A stretch of DNA of 64,000 bases from Acidobacteriota bacterium. GTDB taxonomy: Bacteria; Acidobacteriota; UBA890; WLXD01. The stretch's first letter is position 1. Each line of letters begins with the position of its first letter. Of this stretch, positions 9,402 through 20,253 are shown piece after piece. The stretch covers positions 1,344,001 through 1,408,000 of the forward strand of contig CAXWPL010000005.1 in NCBI GenBank assembly GCA_963666215.2, read 5' to 3'. The notes under the pieces were generated by a model that was not told the origin of the DNA, searched no databases, and was given only the letters and a program-made list of their open reading frames with translations. The position numbers and the translations under genes were made by a program.

Positions 9402-9995
9402 CTACCCGTGTCGCCCTCCCGGGATCTGCTCCTTCTCAAGGGTGAGCTGAGCGCCGCGTAGGAGCGTGCGCTCCCAATGGTCGGGGGTATAGAACGCCGC
9501 CGGGGTCATCTCTAACTCGGGGAAAGCCTCAATCAGCTTGGCTCGGTAGGCGTCCGCGAGGGCCATCATCTCTTCCGGCGTGAGCGACCCCAGCCTGCGC
9601 ATCAGATCCTGCACGTGGCGTCTCAGTTCCTTCTGCTGGATGCTTGCGTTCAGGGTATCGAGGAGGTGGCGTGTCGTCCGGCCATTCGCTCCGCTCATCC
9701 ACTCATAGGCGGCAATCTCTGGGATCGCGGACCCTCTTCCTCGAAACACGTCGAACAAGAGCTCGCGGGCCCACTTGGTGTCCCAGGGGTCAGGCGGAAT
9801 GAGCCCGTATTCCGCCCGATGTAGATGCCTCACGAAGCGGGTCACTTCGCTGAATAGCTCGCCTGAATCTGCCGGGATCAGGCACTCTGGAACATAGTCT
9901 TCGCGGATACGCTCGTACTTGAGCATCAGGTCCCGAAGGACTGTCCAGGAGAGCTTCTGGCGGATGAGGTCCAGAGCCTCGGTGACCCTGCTCAC
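9402..9995 (-). CDS. Hypothetical helical protein (197 aa)
   Basis: GTGA overlap with the upstream gene; weak paralogy to 9992-10576. Confidence 0.7.
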   Translation of the reverse strand: MSRVTEALDLIRQKLSWTVLRDLMLKYERIREDYVPECLIPADSGELFSEVTRFVRHLHRAEYGLIPPDPWDTKWARELLFDVFRGRGSAIPEIAAYEWMSGANGRTTRHLLDTLNASIQQKELRRHVQDLMRRLGSLTPEEMMALADAYRAKLIEAFPELEMTPAAFYTPDHWERTLLRGAQLTLEKEQIPGGRHG

Positions 9996-10576
9996 ATCTT
10001 CTTGTGGATCCCGACGACCTGCTCAACGAGCGCTCTGTAGTAATCCAGCGCCGCACGGGTGTTCCAGGCGAAGGTGTCTTCGTCGAACTCGTGGTCGGCA
10101 CGGGTCAGGATCGACCCGAAGCGGTTGTAGAAAGCCCGGGAGAGTTCCTTGCTGTGTTCTTTCGAGAGCACATCAATGTGTTCATGGAAGACGTCGTCGA
10201 GGTGGTTGCCGAGCGCTCGCCGCTTCAAACCGTCGGCGATCTCGTTCAGGATTCCCCTCATGCCACCGTCTGTGCCGTCGTGCGCCATCTGTTGGGCGCG
10301 AGGGTAGCCCTCCTGGTAGCGATCTTGTTCGTAGGCCCGATCGAGAATGCCCTTGGCGGTGCCGAAAGCCGCTGAGTCGCTCGGCTCTCCCTCTCCGGTG
10401 CTTACCATGTGGTGCTTCACGTAGGCGGTCACGATGTACTTGAACTTGTCGTGTTCCTCCACGATCATCTGAGGGGAGTTGAAAGACTCCCGCGCCAGGT
10501 CGTGCTGAGACAGCACTGACCTATTGATGTAGTCCTGGCCGATCAGGTCGAGGATCTTGTCGAGATCAACGCTCAT
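9992..10576 (-). CDS. Hypothetical helical protein (start MSVDLDK)
   Basis: ATG overlaps the end of the coupling-protein gene; protein-like composition. Confidence 0.75.
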   Translation of the reverse strand: MSVDLDKILDLIGQDYINRSVLSQHDLARESFNSPQMIVEEHDKFKYIVTAYVKHHMVSTGEGEPSDSAAFGTAKGILDRAYEQDRYQEGYPRAQQMAHDGTDGGMRGILNEIADGLKRRALGNHLDDVFHEHIDVLSKEHSKELSRAFYNRFGSILTRADHEFDEDTFAWNTRAALDYYRALVEQVVGIHKKM

Positions 10577-13046
10577 TGTTGTCGGGATCCGGCTCGAAAC
10601 GGTCGTATACGCGGGGTCTTCTGGGGCGCATTGTATCGGCAGTTCCTTCTGTCCGCACTGAAGCGTAGTGTGTTTGAGCATACTCCAGCGCGGCGCGAGC
10701 GGGATCTCTGACTCTCCGGAGCGTTGTAAGTTCGGTCTTCAGTGAAGCGACCTGAGTGCCACTAGCGACGAAGGCCTCGCCGACGCCGAGCTGGCGGAAC
10801 GAGGCCTCGTCAATGGATCCGCCCAGGATCCGCCGGGCGTGCCGGTAGTCCTCTTCGGTGGGTCGGAAGATAATTTTGGTGGCGGCGTTCCCAATTGCCT
10901 GGGCCAGAGTGCCACGGAGTTGCCCTCGCTCTTGGTGAGCCAGAACCACCGCGAGCCCGTACTTCCTACCCTCGGCAAGGATGTTTGCGATGGTCGCTGC
11001 CTGGAGTTCTTGGAACTCGTCGATGTAGAGGGGAAACGGACGTCGTTCCTTCTCGGGAATGTCGGCACGTGTGAGCGCTGCCCTGAAGATGAGCGAGATG
11101 AGAAGGCTTCCCACGAAATGTGCGTGGTCGGCACCGATACGTCCCGAGGCCAGGTTGACGAGGACGATCTTGCCTTCATCCATCCATTCGCGGGGATGGA
11201 GCGAGTTCTCTTTCTGCCGAAACATCGCGCCGAGCTGGTCGTCGAGAAGGATCCTGCTCAGCTTGTTGCGGACACTCGCAAGCTCTGAGGGGCTGAACTT
11301 CGGTAGCTCTTGCGTGAGGAACCGCTGAACCTGGGAATTCGGGATCGTCTCGAGGGCCGTTTGTCGGAGGAGCTCCCCTTGAGAGGTCTGGCCTGCGAGT
11401 TCGGCGAAGTCCTCCAGCGTTCCTCCCAGTTGGTGAACGGTGTAGGCCAACATCCGAAAGTTGTGCTCCATTCGGGGACCGGAAGTACTCGTCTGGGCGA
11501 GAAAGGCGCCGGTAATATCGTCCGCCAGCTTTCCGGCCGGCAAGTCGCTCTGGAGGGGATTCCACCGTGGCACCAACCCCTCTTCCGAGAACGAGATGTA
11601 GATGAGATCCGGCATCCTCCCTTCCGGCAACCTGGAGAGAATGTCCATGCACAGATCGCCGTGGGGATCAACCAAGCAGAACCCAAGCCCACCGGCCGCA
11701 TCGTCGCAGGCCATTCGCTCGATGAGCTTCGACTTGCCCATTCCGGTAACCCCTGCCACGTAGGTGTGACGGGCTCGGACATTCATCGGAATCTCGACCG
11801 GCCGGACCACGCCGGCGAATTCGTTGTAGCCGAGTTGAGTAGAGGGGGCCGTCCTGTCCGGCGGGTGAGGGCTCCACTCGAGCCCTCGGCGTTGCTGGAA
11901 GGCAGGGATCATTGCGAGCGAACGAGCGTTCGGGATGTGAACGAGGCTGGCAACCTCCTGAGAGGTCAGCATCAGACCCGGCCGGTGGGTCAGACGCCTG
12001 GCCACCATTCGCTCCAGTTCATGAGCGGAAAGCGGGCCAGAATTCTCGCTGAGACTCAACGTCCTGAAGGCCCGGTTTCCGAAGCGCAGCAAGCCGATAG
12101 CTGGAGCCATACCCTGGGCGAAGGCGCTTCTCGCGGTCTGGTTGTCGGACCAGATGGCGTACCTGGCGACCACGGCATAGAAGGCGACATCAATACGGAC
12201 TTTCTCGGGAACCGCTGCATCAGGCAAAGGAGGCATGATCGCGTCGTACTGGAACTTGGAAGACAGTCCGCCGAGGTGAGACAGGTGAGCGGCACGTTCC
12301 TCAGCGAGTGAGAGTTTCTCCACGTTGTAATGCCAGTCATGAGTAGGGTCTGCCGGACAGATCAACACTTGAAGAATGCCTCGGTCAGAAGGCAGCAGAG
12401 CACCAATAGCAGATGCAGCAATACCAAGAGGGCTTGCACCTTCTCTACCGAGAAGTGTCAAGCATCGGTGATACGGGCCGACCGGCACAATCTCGTGGAC
12501 TGCAGCAGGAGGGGTCAAGGGAAACGGAGAAGTCTGCTGTCGAAGTCGTAGGGCAGGGAAGTGTCCAAGGACTGCAGACCGGAATCCTGCTTCCTGGTCG
12601 AACGGAACACCAAACCGAACGGAGACGTGTCCACCAGCTCCGAATAGCTCGAAGGCAAAGGTGCCACGCAAGACCGAGAGTGCCCGCAGCAGAGTCTCCA
12701 TCCAGCCTATCGTTAGGAGATCCTCTTCGGCTGGGTAGAGATCGAAGGTGATGTAGTCAGTGGAAGCCGACGGCTGGTTGTCGTCGAGCGACGTGCCTAG
12801 TCGTGTGCTGCCTTCAAGGATCAGCTTCGAATCGAACGGCATGTAGGCCGGCTCCAGGGCACAGGGCTCGGAACAAAGGAATGGCGAACAGCCTTTACTG
12901 CTCTCTTTCTCCAGGGCCTGCTCCAGGAGGCCGACTCCGATGGCGTTGAAAGCCTTGTGGATAACTACGCTTTGAGCGTTTCTCATGGGCTCTGCCTTCG
13001 AGGGCTCGTCCTTTGTGGCGTCTCCGAAAGGAAACTCTGCGGACAA
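10566..13046 (-). CDS. TraD/VirD4-like type IV coupling protein ATPase
   Basis: HTYVAGVTGMGKS, LVDPHGDL, PLYIDEFQ, EGRKYGL..LAHQ...Q. Confidence 0.85.
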   Translation of the reverse strand: MSAEFPFGDATKDEPSKAEPMRNAQSVVIHKAFNAIGVGLLEQALEKESSKGCSPFLCSEPCALEPAYMPFDSKLILEGSTRLGTSLDDNQPSASTDYITFDLYPAEEDLLTIGWMETLLRALSVLRGTFAFELFGAGGHVSVRFGVPFDQEAGFRSAVLGHFPALRLRQQTSPFPLTPPAAVHEIVPVGPYHRCLTLLGREGASPLGIAASAIGALLPSDRGILQVLICPADPTHDWHYNVEKLSLAEERAAHLSHLGGLSSKFQYDAIMPPLPDAAVPEKVRIDVAFYAVVARYAIWSDNQTARSAFAQGMAPAIGLLRFGNRAFRTLSLSENSGPLSAHELERMVARRLTHRPGLMLTSQEVASLVHIPNARSLAMIPAFQQRRGLEWSPHPPDRTAPSTQLGYNEFAGVVRPVEIPMNVRARHTYVAGVTGMGKSKLIERMACDDAAGGLGFCLVDPHGDLCMDILSRLPEGRMPDLIYISFSEEGLVPRWNPLQSDLPAGKLADDITGAFLAQTSTSGPRMEHNFRMLAYTVHQLGGTLEDFAELAGQTSQGELLRQTALETIPNSQVQRFLTQELPKFSPSELASVRNKLSRILLDDQLGAMFRQKENSLHPREWMDEGKIVLVNLASGRIGADHAHFVGSLLISLIFRAALTRADIPEKERRPFPLYIDEFQELQAATIANILAEGRKYGLAVVLAHQERGQLRGTLAQAIGNAATKIIFRPTEEDYRHARRILGGSIDEASFRQLGVGEAFVASGTQVASLKTELTTLRRVRDPARAALEYAQTHYASVRTEGTADTMRPRRPRVYDRFEPDPDNNER

Positions 13047-13489
13047 GTAAGTCGTGCACTATCCAGCACGACAAGTCGTTGCGGCTTGGGCGTTGGGAGC
13101 GCCTCGGGTGGTTCGTTCGACAGACCACCTAGCATGGCGAGACATCTCGGCCGGCGCGAAAGGAGAAGCGCGAGCCCGGGCAGCAAGCCTCGCTTCTCAC
13201 AGTCCTTCCCTCTCGAAGCCAGCTTGGTCACTCACCCAGGTTAGGGCTGCGCTTGGTCGCTGTAAACCTGGCCATGGCAGAAACCGAGGAGAAAGTCGGG
13301 GATCATTTCTGGTAGGACTTTCGCGGCGAGGTGATCCCTCTTACATTCCAAGGACTATCTCCCGAGTTCGTCGTTTTGTTGCTCGCGGACCGACGACTGA
13401 TTACCCCGCACAACTCGGGAGGTACGGACCCTCACTCGTGGGCAACCCTGATGACGGCCGAGAGCCCCTAGACGCGGAGCTCAACGTGC

Positions 13490-13707
13490 TGCGAACCGTA
13501 TTCCGGCTCACACCCAGCTCTACAGCCACCGAACGCCGGCTCCGGCCCTCGATCAGCACCTTGTAGCGGATAACATGAACCTGATCCATGCTCAGCATCC
13601 TTCCTCCAGTAGCTCAGTCCGTAGACAAGACCAAGCTACCGGCGTTAGGGCCGGGGGTGGATCACTTTCTAAACGTTGGGTGGATCAATTTCCGAGCGAT
13701 GCGCCCA
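13490..13707 (-). mobile_element. IS21-family left end with an istA 5' remnant
   Basis: TGGGCGCATC... end with repeated TGATCCACC boxes; HTH MLSMDQVHVIR...SRRSVAVELGVSRNTVR. Confidence 0.75.
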
Positions 13708-14151
13708 CCTTGAGCTCGACGAGATGGTAGATGTTCGGGACAGTGTCTAACGAGATCCAGGGCGGCGTGCGCGTCTGAAACTGTAGGCCGCAGAAGAACG
13801 GATCCCGACCAGCCCGAGAGAAGGCTGCTACACCGCGCGTGTCTCGGTGTAGTCCTGTGGCGAGAAACGCGCGAATCCGATCCAGAGCCGTCTCAAGGTG
13901 CTCGACCTCTCGCCTCTCGCGATCCGCTGGAGCAGGGCAACGCGATGCTCGAGCATCGACTCCCACGCCTCTCTCCCCGCTTCGATATCGAGGTAACAAC
14001 TCAGAACCGGGGCATCACTTTCCGGCAGCGCTGCTAGAACCCGAACGTGAGACGCCAGTTCCTCCGTTGTTCGCACTAGGACTAGGTTGCTAGTCGCTGG
14101 AGTCATGGGCTCGTAGCACGGCGGGCTGGTCGTTGTGGTTAGTTCGCTCAT
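13708..14151 (-). pseudogene. eRF1-like (baeRF/host-attachment family) protein, frameshifted and truncated by IS21
   Basis: LPESDAPVLSCYLD...RGVAAFSRAG..PFF...PNIYHLVELK ends exactly at the IS21 terminus. Confidence 0.6.
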
Positions 14152-14264
14152 CGATTTGGGCTCCTGCATTTGAACTCTTGGTGTTACCCGCGTCGGTGTG
14201 AGTGCCCGAACCGGGTGCCCTCCCGCACGACCTTGCACCGACGGTACGGGACCAGCCATCCATT

Positions 14265-14303
14265 AATCAAGAGAGAATGATCGAATGTTTCGTTCGTTTT
14301 TTC
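14265..14303. promoter_or_regulatory. Putative NhaR (LysR) operator/promoter, copy 1
   Basis: 35/39 identical to the reverse complement of 16858-16896. Confidence 0.6.
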
Positions 14304-14792
14304 ACGAAATAGTGATGTCGATTCCATTCCTCATCTGGAAGGAGAGCGTCTAGGCGTCTCCCGCAGTAGCGGGAGGAAGACGACGTCCGTGCCACTCGTT
14401 CGCGTTCACCAGGGCTCCAGGGCTGGCTGTGGATCTAGTTGCCGTCATTCTCGGAGGTGAGTTCTTGATAGCGTGACTCTGTCGCTCTCTCGTCCGGTGG
14501 CTCACCCATCGCGAATTTGTCTTTGTGGAGACGGCGCTGGGCGTCGAGATCGTCGACGAGACTGACTTCTTCGAGGACCTTCGAGCTGAGGCTCGAGACG
14601 AGCGCCTACGGTAGCCGGGCCTCGAGTGGCGTGGGCTCAACGACGACACTAGCCAGCATGCTGGCAATCCAGCCGATGGCGGATGCTCGTCCGGCCGTCG
14701 TCACTAGCATCCAGCTGAGGACCGCGCTCGGCCGCGGCCCAAAACGGGTGCCTCCCAGGTCCGCTTCCCTGTAGGACCCAAAGGACAGACAC

Positions 14793-15761
14793 TCACTCCT
14801 GAAGTGCTTCTAGAGAACGCAGCTCAGTCCGACCTGGATCGAGCTGAATAGGAGTCTCAAATCCTGGCGGCTTGATGGTGAGAACCGAGCTCGTGATGCG
14901 TTGCAGAACTCTCTCGGCCGTGTTTCCGATGAAAACTCCTGCGACTCCTGTTCGGGACAACGTCCCCATCACCGTGAGATCTGCGCGGTTGGCCGAGTTG
15001 ACCAGGACGTCAGAAGGACGGCCATGCTCGACGCGGAGCTGAGGCTTGATGGTTAGCGTGCCGCACTTGGCCATCAGTCCTTCGATCTGTGTGTACGCGA
15101 GGCGATGTGCAGTGCCTCTGTAGTTCTTTAGGTTCTCTTTGAGGGCGCTTGCACGGGGGCCGCTCAACTCCGATTCATAGGGAAGCCACAGGGCATGGAG
15201 CACCTTTAGAGAGCTCTTGGAACGCTCGGCGAGCGTAGAGGCGAGCTGAAGAATCGCGACGTTGAGACCATTCTCCTCGTTTCCCTGAGGGTCGGGATCT
15301 ACGGCCGCAAGAACCCTGCCACAGTTACGGGCATCGCTAGACTTGACAACCCAGACGGGGCACGGACATTTGCGCATGAGATGGAGCCCGGTGCTCCCGA
15401 AAAGCCCCCCTTCATGTTCCTCGGCGCTCTTGATTACTAAGTCGTGGCCGCCACGGAGAACCTCCCGAATCAACTCGACGAACGGTCTTCCTGTCGGTAG
15501 GAGTGTCTTGACGCGAAGTCCTGAGGCTGCGACGTCAGCCGCGAGAGCTTTGAGTTCCCGGTCCTTCTCAAGGGTGAGGAGATGGCCAAGGCGTGCCTGC
15601 CCGGGTACAACTAACCAGGGTCCGACCGGGCTCTCCGGGAGAACATCGATGAGCGTAAGGACCGCTCCGTTGGCCCGTGCCAGCTCCCCAGCGCGCTGGA
15701 GCGCGGGCTGTGGATCTACGTCGTCGCCAACGTAGCAGAGGATCTTCTTGAAGCGGTCCAT
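14793..15761 (-). CDS. Universal stress protein, tandem USP domains (UspE-like)
   Basis: FKKILCYV, FGSTGLHLMRKCPCPVWVVK, VMGTLSRTGVAGVFIGNTAE. Confidence 0.92.
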   Translation of the reverse strand: MDRFKKILCYVGDDVDPQPALQRAGELARANGAVLTLIDVLPESPVGPWLVVPGQARLGHLLTLEKDRELKALAADVAASGLRVKTLLPTGRPFVELIREVLRGGHDLVIKSAEEHEGGLFGSTGLHLMRKCPCPVWVVKSSDARNCGRVLAAVDPDPQGNEENGLNVAILQLASTLAERSKSSLKVLHALWLPYESELSGPRASALKENLKNYRGTAHRLAYTQIEGLMAKCGTLTIKPQLRVEHGRPSDVLVNSANRADLTVMGTLSRTGVAGVFIGNTAERVLQRITSSVLTIKPPGFETPIQLDPGRTELRSLEALQE

Positions 15762-15866
15762 CGTCTCTCTTGGTCTCGGGGCTTGGAGGGTCAGACCCAA
15801 GGGCCAGGGCGTTGCTTGAGTGAACCTCCCAACGGTTCTCTTGACAGTACGTAGAAGCAGACATGT

Positions 15867-15897
15867 GATCAAGAAAGAATAAACTAACAATCCGTTC
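15867..15897. promoter_or_regulatory. Putative NhaR operator, copy 2
   Basis: GATCAAGAAAGAATAAAC...CCGTTC upstream of the USP gene. Confidence 0.45.
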
Positions 15898-15944
15898 CCC
15901 CTGAGCGAAAGGGCGACTTCGAGGGAGGACTAGGCTGCCGCCTC

Positions 15945-16847
15945 CTACGTTTCGACCTCGGCAGCGGCATCGCAGATCGCCTGGACGGCCGGATGCTCTA
16001 GCTGCCGCTCGACGGTGACGGCGTAATAGCTTACGTGGGTACCCACGAGCGAGCCCAGGTGGTCGACGCCAGCTCTTCGCTTGAGGTCGTTTGCCGTTAT
16101 CGACGGCGCCGGGAAGAGTCCAGCACCGATCTCGCCGAAGGCTCGCATCAGGGCTCCGTCTTCGAACTCTCCTACGACTCGCGGTTGGAGTTCCCGCAAT
16201 TCTAGCCAGCGACTAAACGATCGCCGGATGGAAGAGTCAGGCGTGGGCAGGAGAACAGGGGCTCCCTCAAGAGATTCCGGGAAGTTATCCAAGTACCGTT
16301 GAACCAGGTCTGGAGTTCCGAAGATCCCGATATCAGACTCTCGGAGGAGCCGACTAAAGGCGATGATGTTGGATCTCGGGTCGACGGGAGCATCGAGGAG
16401 AATCAGATCAAAACGATGCAGCGCCAACTCAGCGAGAAGAGGCTCGGGGCTACCCTCTCGACAGGTGAACCGGATCTCCGGAGAAACAGCGAAAGCAGGC
16501 TCTAGGAGCATCGTGGCGACTAGCTTTGGCACCGCATCCGCGATTCCCACCTGGAGTCTGAGCGGGCCGGACGAATCCCAGCCTGTGAGGGCGTGGGTCA
16601 GCTCACGGCCGAGCCCGAAAATCTGATCGGCGTAGCGAAAGGCGATCTGACCGACATCGGTCAGGCGAACGTTCCTTCCCACCCTCCGGAATAGCTTCAC
16701 CTGGAGCGACTTCTCCAGCTGGCTGATCTGGGCGCTGATTGTCGACGGCGAGTGATCTAGCACTTCGCCGGCGTGCGAGATTCCTCCCTCTCTGGCCGCC
16801 ATCCAGAAGTAGTAGAGGTGCTGGAAGTTCAGGAACGGAATCGCCAT
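15945..16847 (-). CDS. nhaR: LysR-family transcriptional activator NhaR
   Basis: LNFQHLYYFW..A.EGGI, VGIADAVPKL, LLAELALHRFD, GEFEDGALM, RQLEHPAV; linked to nhaA. Confidence 0.88.
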   Translation of the reverse strand: MAIPFLNFQHLYYFWMAAREGGISHAGEVLDHSPSTISAQISQLEKSLQVKLFRRVGRNVRLTDVGQIAFRYADQIFGLGRELTHALTGWDSSGPLRLQVGIADAVPKLVATMLLEPAFAVSPEIRFTCREGSPEPLLAELALHRFDLILLDAPVDPRSNIIAFSRLLRESDIGIFGTPDLVQRYLDNFPESLEGAPVLLPTPDSSIRRSFSRWLELRELQPRVVGEFEDGALMRAFGEIGAGLFPAPSITANDLKRRAGVDHLGSLVGTHVSYYAVTVERQLEHPAVQAICDAAAEVET

Positions 16848-16857
16848 CGTTAGTGTG

Positions 16858-16896
16858 GAAAAAACGAACGTAACCTTCGATCTTTCTTTCTTGATT
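16858..16896. promoter_or_regulatory. Putative NhaR operator, copy 3 (nhaR divergent promoter)
   Basis: Immediately upstream of nhaR, the classic LysR autoregulatory position. Confidence 0.6.
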
Positions 16897-17050
16897 CAAG
16901 TATATACAACCCAATACTGTGCCGGTGAGAAGTGCAGGAAGAAGAGGTCCTTCGGAAGGGGACGAAGCGATGATCAAAGCCATAAGCCTGGTCGTGAGAA
17001 ACCTAGGAGTACTCCTCGAAGGAGAAACGACGCTATACGGGAGGAGAGAT

Positions 17051-17257
17051 ATGAAGGTGAAAACACGCACACCTCGCAGACGGTCGAAGGAAAGAGACCA
17101 CAAGGCCCCCCGCACAGCGGCAGACCGCGGATCGTCGGAGTTTTGTTCGCTCTGCTGCATTGTCTTTGGTAGCAACGAACCGAGGGTCCTTGTGGGAGAC
17201 AAAGCAGCTCACCCAAACTGTTACAGGCGGCTTCAAAGTCCAGAGGCGGTGGTTTGA
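17051..17257 (+). CDS. Small basic protein with a CxxC...HxxC motif
   Basis: SD GAGGAG before the ATG; FCSLC...HPNC. Confidence 0.5.
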   Translation: MKVKTRTPRRRSKERDHKAPRTAADRGSSEFCSLCCIVFGSNEPRVLVGDKAAHPNCYRRLQSPEAVV

Positions 17258-17766
17258 CTACTCCGGGGTGGGTGCAAGATGCACTCGCCGCCGATCGCCA
17301 GCGACTCGGGAGCCAGGTCACGTCCTCCGAGCACCACCTTGTTCGATCACTGATGGTCGATGGTCTTCGTCAGCGGGACCGAGGGACGACGACGGAGTCG
17401 GAACTACACCACATGCTGTTGAAGTTCGAGAAGGCACACGCGATCCTAGAACGGCTCTCTGATCCGGAATTGGATCAGGACAGAGGCCGATGCCTTACGA
17501 ACATCGGGTTCTGTCTGATGAATATGGGCGTGTACGACGAGGCCATCGGCGTCTGTAGGAGGGCCCTCGACCTGCTCGCTGGTAGCGATGTCACTTTTGC
17601 TTGGGACCAGACCGATTGTCAGGAGACGATCTCGCAATGCTACGCCCAGCTTGGCCAGGGAGCTGAAGCCAAGAAATGGGAGAAGGGGGCGGTGCGATCA
17701 CGCAGAGAGGCGGTTGCTGAGCTCCTACCCTCACTCTACAAGACGAGACGGTCAAGGCCGTGGTAG
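17254..17766 (+). CDS. Tetratricopeptide-repeat protein
   Basis: CLTNIGFCLMNMGVYDEAIGVCRRAL and CYAQLGQGAEA TPR motifs. Confidence 0.7.
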   Translation: MTTPGWVQDALAADRQRLGSQVTSSEHHLVRSLMVDGLRQRDRGTTTESELHHMLLKFEKAHAILERLSDPELDQDRGRCLTNIGFCLMNMGVYDEAIGVCRRALDLLAGSDVTFAWDQTDCQETISQCYAQLGQGAEAKKWEKGAVRSRREAVAELLPSLYKTRRSRPW

Positions 17767-18034
17767 GGCTTTCTCTTGGAGAATCGTGTCGGTGACAGCC
17801 GCCTCGTCAAGAATGTGGGTAGATGGGTTGATACGGAAGACGTACCGACCTCGCCCTGGGGCCTGTCCTCGACGAGCTGGCTGCCAGTAACTACAGGGTG
17901 GGACGGGTGGTGCAAAAAGCGCGCCCCGCAATCTCTACGGCTGGCCAGCCCTACGAGGACAGGCCCCAGGGCGATTTCAGAAGAGGGAAGAGGGCTGACA
18001 TCTCACTAGAGAAGGGCACAAGGGAGGAGAAGAA

Positions 18035-19606
18035 TTGAATCGGAGCCTATTGGGGAGGGGAATTCTCATCTTGGTGGTAGTTGTCGGCTTCGCATTTCTC
18101 GCGTATCCGCCGTCAGAGAAGATCAACCTGGGACTCGACCTTCGCGGCGGAATCCACCTCGTCCTCGAGGTGCAGACGGAGGACGCATTACGCGCCGAAA
18201 CCGAAAAGGATCTCGAGACCCTACTACGTCAGCTCGACGATAAAGGTACTGGAGGTGTGAGCGCTACGCGGGTCGACGAGAGCTCTTTCCGGGTACGGGG
18301 AATGGGACAAGATCGGAACGACAAGGTCCAAGAGGTTGTTGACGACTTCCTTCCCTTCTGGAGTTTTCGCCGTGACGGCGAGAGCCTGCTGTTTCATCGG
18401 CGACCCGAGGAAGAGTCGGACATCAAAGAACAGGCGGTACGACAAGCGCTCCAGACAATCCGGAATCGCATCGACGCCTTCGGTGTTGCGGAGCCGGTGA
18501 TTCAGCGCCAGGGGTTCGGCACCAACCGAATCGTGCTGCAGCTTCCAGGGGTTGACGATCCCGAGCGTGTCAAAGAGCTGATCAAGAACACAGCCTTCCT
18601 CGAGTTCCGATTCGTCGACTACCCGACGCAGGGTGCAGCGGCCTCAGAGGCCGAGATCTTGGCCCAATACGGGGGTTCGCTGCCGGAGGAGGTCGAGATT
18701 TTCCCGCAAGACCAGAAGGCAGAAGACGGTACCGTCATCGCGACCGGCTTCCTTGGATTAGAGCGTCGCCAGATTATTACCGGGCGCGATCTCAAGACCG
18801 CCCGCTCGAGTCTGGGTCAGTTCAATGAGCCTGTGGTGCGTTTCTTCTTGAGTCAGGAAGGGGGGCGGCTCTTCGGCGAGGCAACCGGCGCCAACATCGG
18901 CCGCCGGCTTGCCATCCTTCTCGACGGCAGGGTGCAGTCCGCTCCAGTGGTGCAGTCAAAAATCACAGACGAAGGAGTTATCGAGGGAGGGTTCAGTCAG
19001 ACGGAGGTCGAGGACTTGGTCACCGTGCTCCGTTCCGGCGCCCTCCCAGCCGGGATCGTCTATCTCGAAGAGAGGACGGTCGGACCGTCCTTGGGGCAGG
19101 ACTCGATCGACCAGGGCCTGCGGGCTTTTGGGGTCGGTGGCGCGTTGGTGGTTCTGACGATGCTTCTGGTGTATCGGCGAACCGGTGTCAATGCAGTGCT
19201 CGCCCTAGCCTTCAATGTGGTTATTCTCTTCGGCCTGCTCTCCTATTTCGGTGCCACACTGACCCTCCCCGGTATTGCGGGCATCATCCTGACCATCGGC
19301 ATGGCGGTTGATGCGAACGTGCTCATCTTCGAGCGCATCAAAGAAGAGTTGCGGGCGGGCAAGACTGTGAAATCGGCGGTCTCGGCTGGCTTCGCCAAGG
19401 CCTGGACGCCGATCCTCGACGCCAATATGACGACCCTCATCGCTGCTCTCTTTCTTTTTCAGTTCGGTACCGGGCCAATCCGGGGCTTTGCCGTGACTCT
19501 TTCCGTCGGCATCCTCGCCTCGGTGTTTACCGCCGTCTTCAACGGCCGCTGGATTTTCGATCTCATTCTCTCGCGCCGTGATCGCGTAGAGCGACTCTCC
19601 ATCTGA
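18035..19606 (+). CDS. secD: Protein translocase subunit SecD
   Basis: INLGLDLRGG, RNRIDAFGVAEP, VGPSLGQDSI, LTLPGIAGIILTIGMAVDANVLIFERIKEE. Confidence 0.96.
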   Translation: MNRSLLGRGILILVVVVGFAFLAYPPSEKINLGLDLRGGIHLVLEVQTEDALRAETEKDLETLLRQLDDKGTGGVSATRVDESSFRVRGMGQDRNDKVQEVVDDFLPFWSFRRDGESLLFHRRPEEESDIKEQAVRQALQTIRNRIDAFGVAEPVIQRQGFGTNRIVLQLPGVDDPERVKELIKNTAFLEFRFVDYPTQGAAASEAEILAQYGGSLPEEVEIFPQDQKAEDGTVIATGFLGLERRQIITGRDLKTARSSLGQFNEPVVRFFLSQEGGRLFGEATGANIGRRLAILLDGRVQSAPVVQSKITDEGVIEGGFSQTEVEDLVTVLRSGALPAGIVYLEERTVGPSLGQDSIDQGLRAFGVGGALVVLTMLLVYRRTGVNAVLALAFNVVILFGLLSYFGATLTLPGIAGIILTIGMAVDANVLIFERIKEELRAGKTVKSAVSAGFAKAWTPILDANMTTLIAALFLFQFGTGPIRGFAVTLSVGILASVFTAVFNGRWIFDLILSRRDRVERLSI

Positions 19607-19681
19607 CGGGGAGCTGCGATGGATTTTCCTTCGCGACTCTGGGGTCGGCTGCATGAAGTATCGCCATCTCATGGTGTCGTG

Positions 19682-20253
19682 ATGGCCGACGTTCCACCCG
19701 CTGCCGAGGGAGAACAGGGCAGCGGTCGACCCGTCCTGCTGACGGCGGCCAGCGTGGTGATCGCGATTGCTGGACTTCGGGCCGCCTCAGGCCTCATCCT
19801 GCCACTGCTCTCGCACTTTTCCTGGCGATGGTCACCTTTCCACTGCTGAGCTGGCTTCAGCGCAGGAAGGTGCCGACTATGCTGGCTATCCTAGGCGTCG
19901 ACTTCGCGCTGCTATGTGGGGCGCTTGCCTTCATACTGAACTACATCCCCAACCTGGGCTCGATCGCTGTCGCCATCCCAGCGACGCTGATCGCGCTGGT
20001 GCAACTGGGGCCAGGATACCTGGTCGCCACGGTGATCACCTTTGTAGTCTTGAACGTTATGCTCGGGAACCTCGTCGAGCCTTGGTTGATGGGACGACGG
20101 TTCGGGCTGTCCGATGTTGGTGGTCTTCCTCTCGCTCATCTTCTGGGGCTGGGTCTGGGGTCCGATAGGGATGCTTTTGTCGGTACCCCTAACAATGAAT
20201 TGTCAAGATCTGGCTGGAGAACACCGAGGATCTGCGCTGGATCGCGACCCTGA
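19682..20253 (+). pseudogene. AI-2E family transporter, internally deleted and frameshifted
   Basis: [45 protein letters not shown] spread over several frames. Confidence 0.85.
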
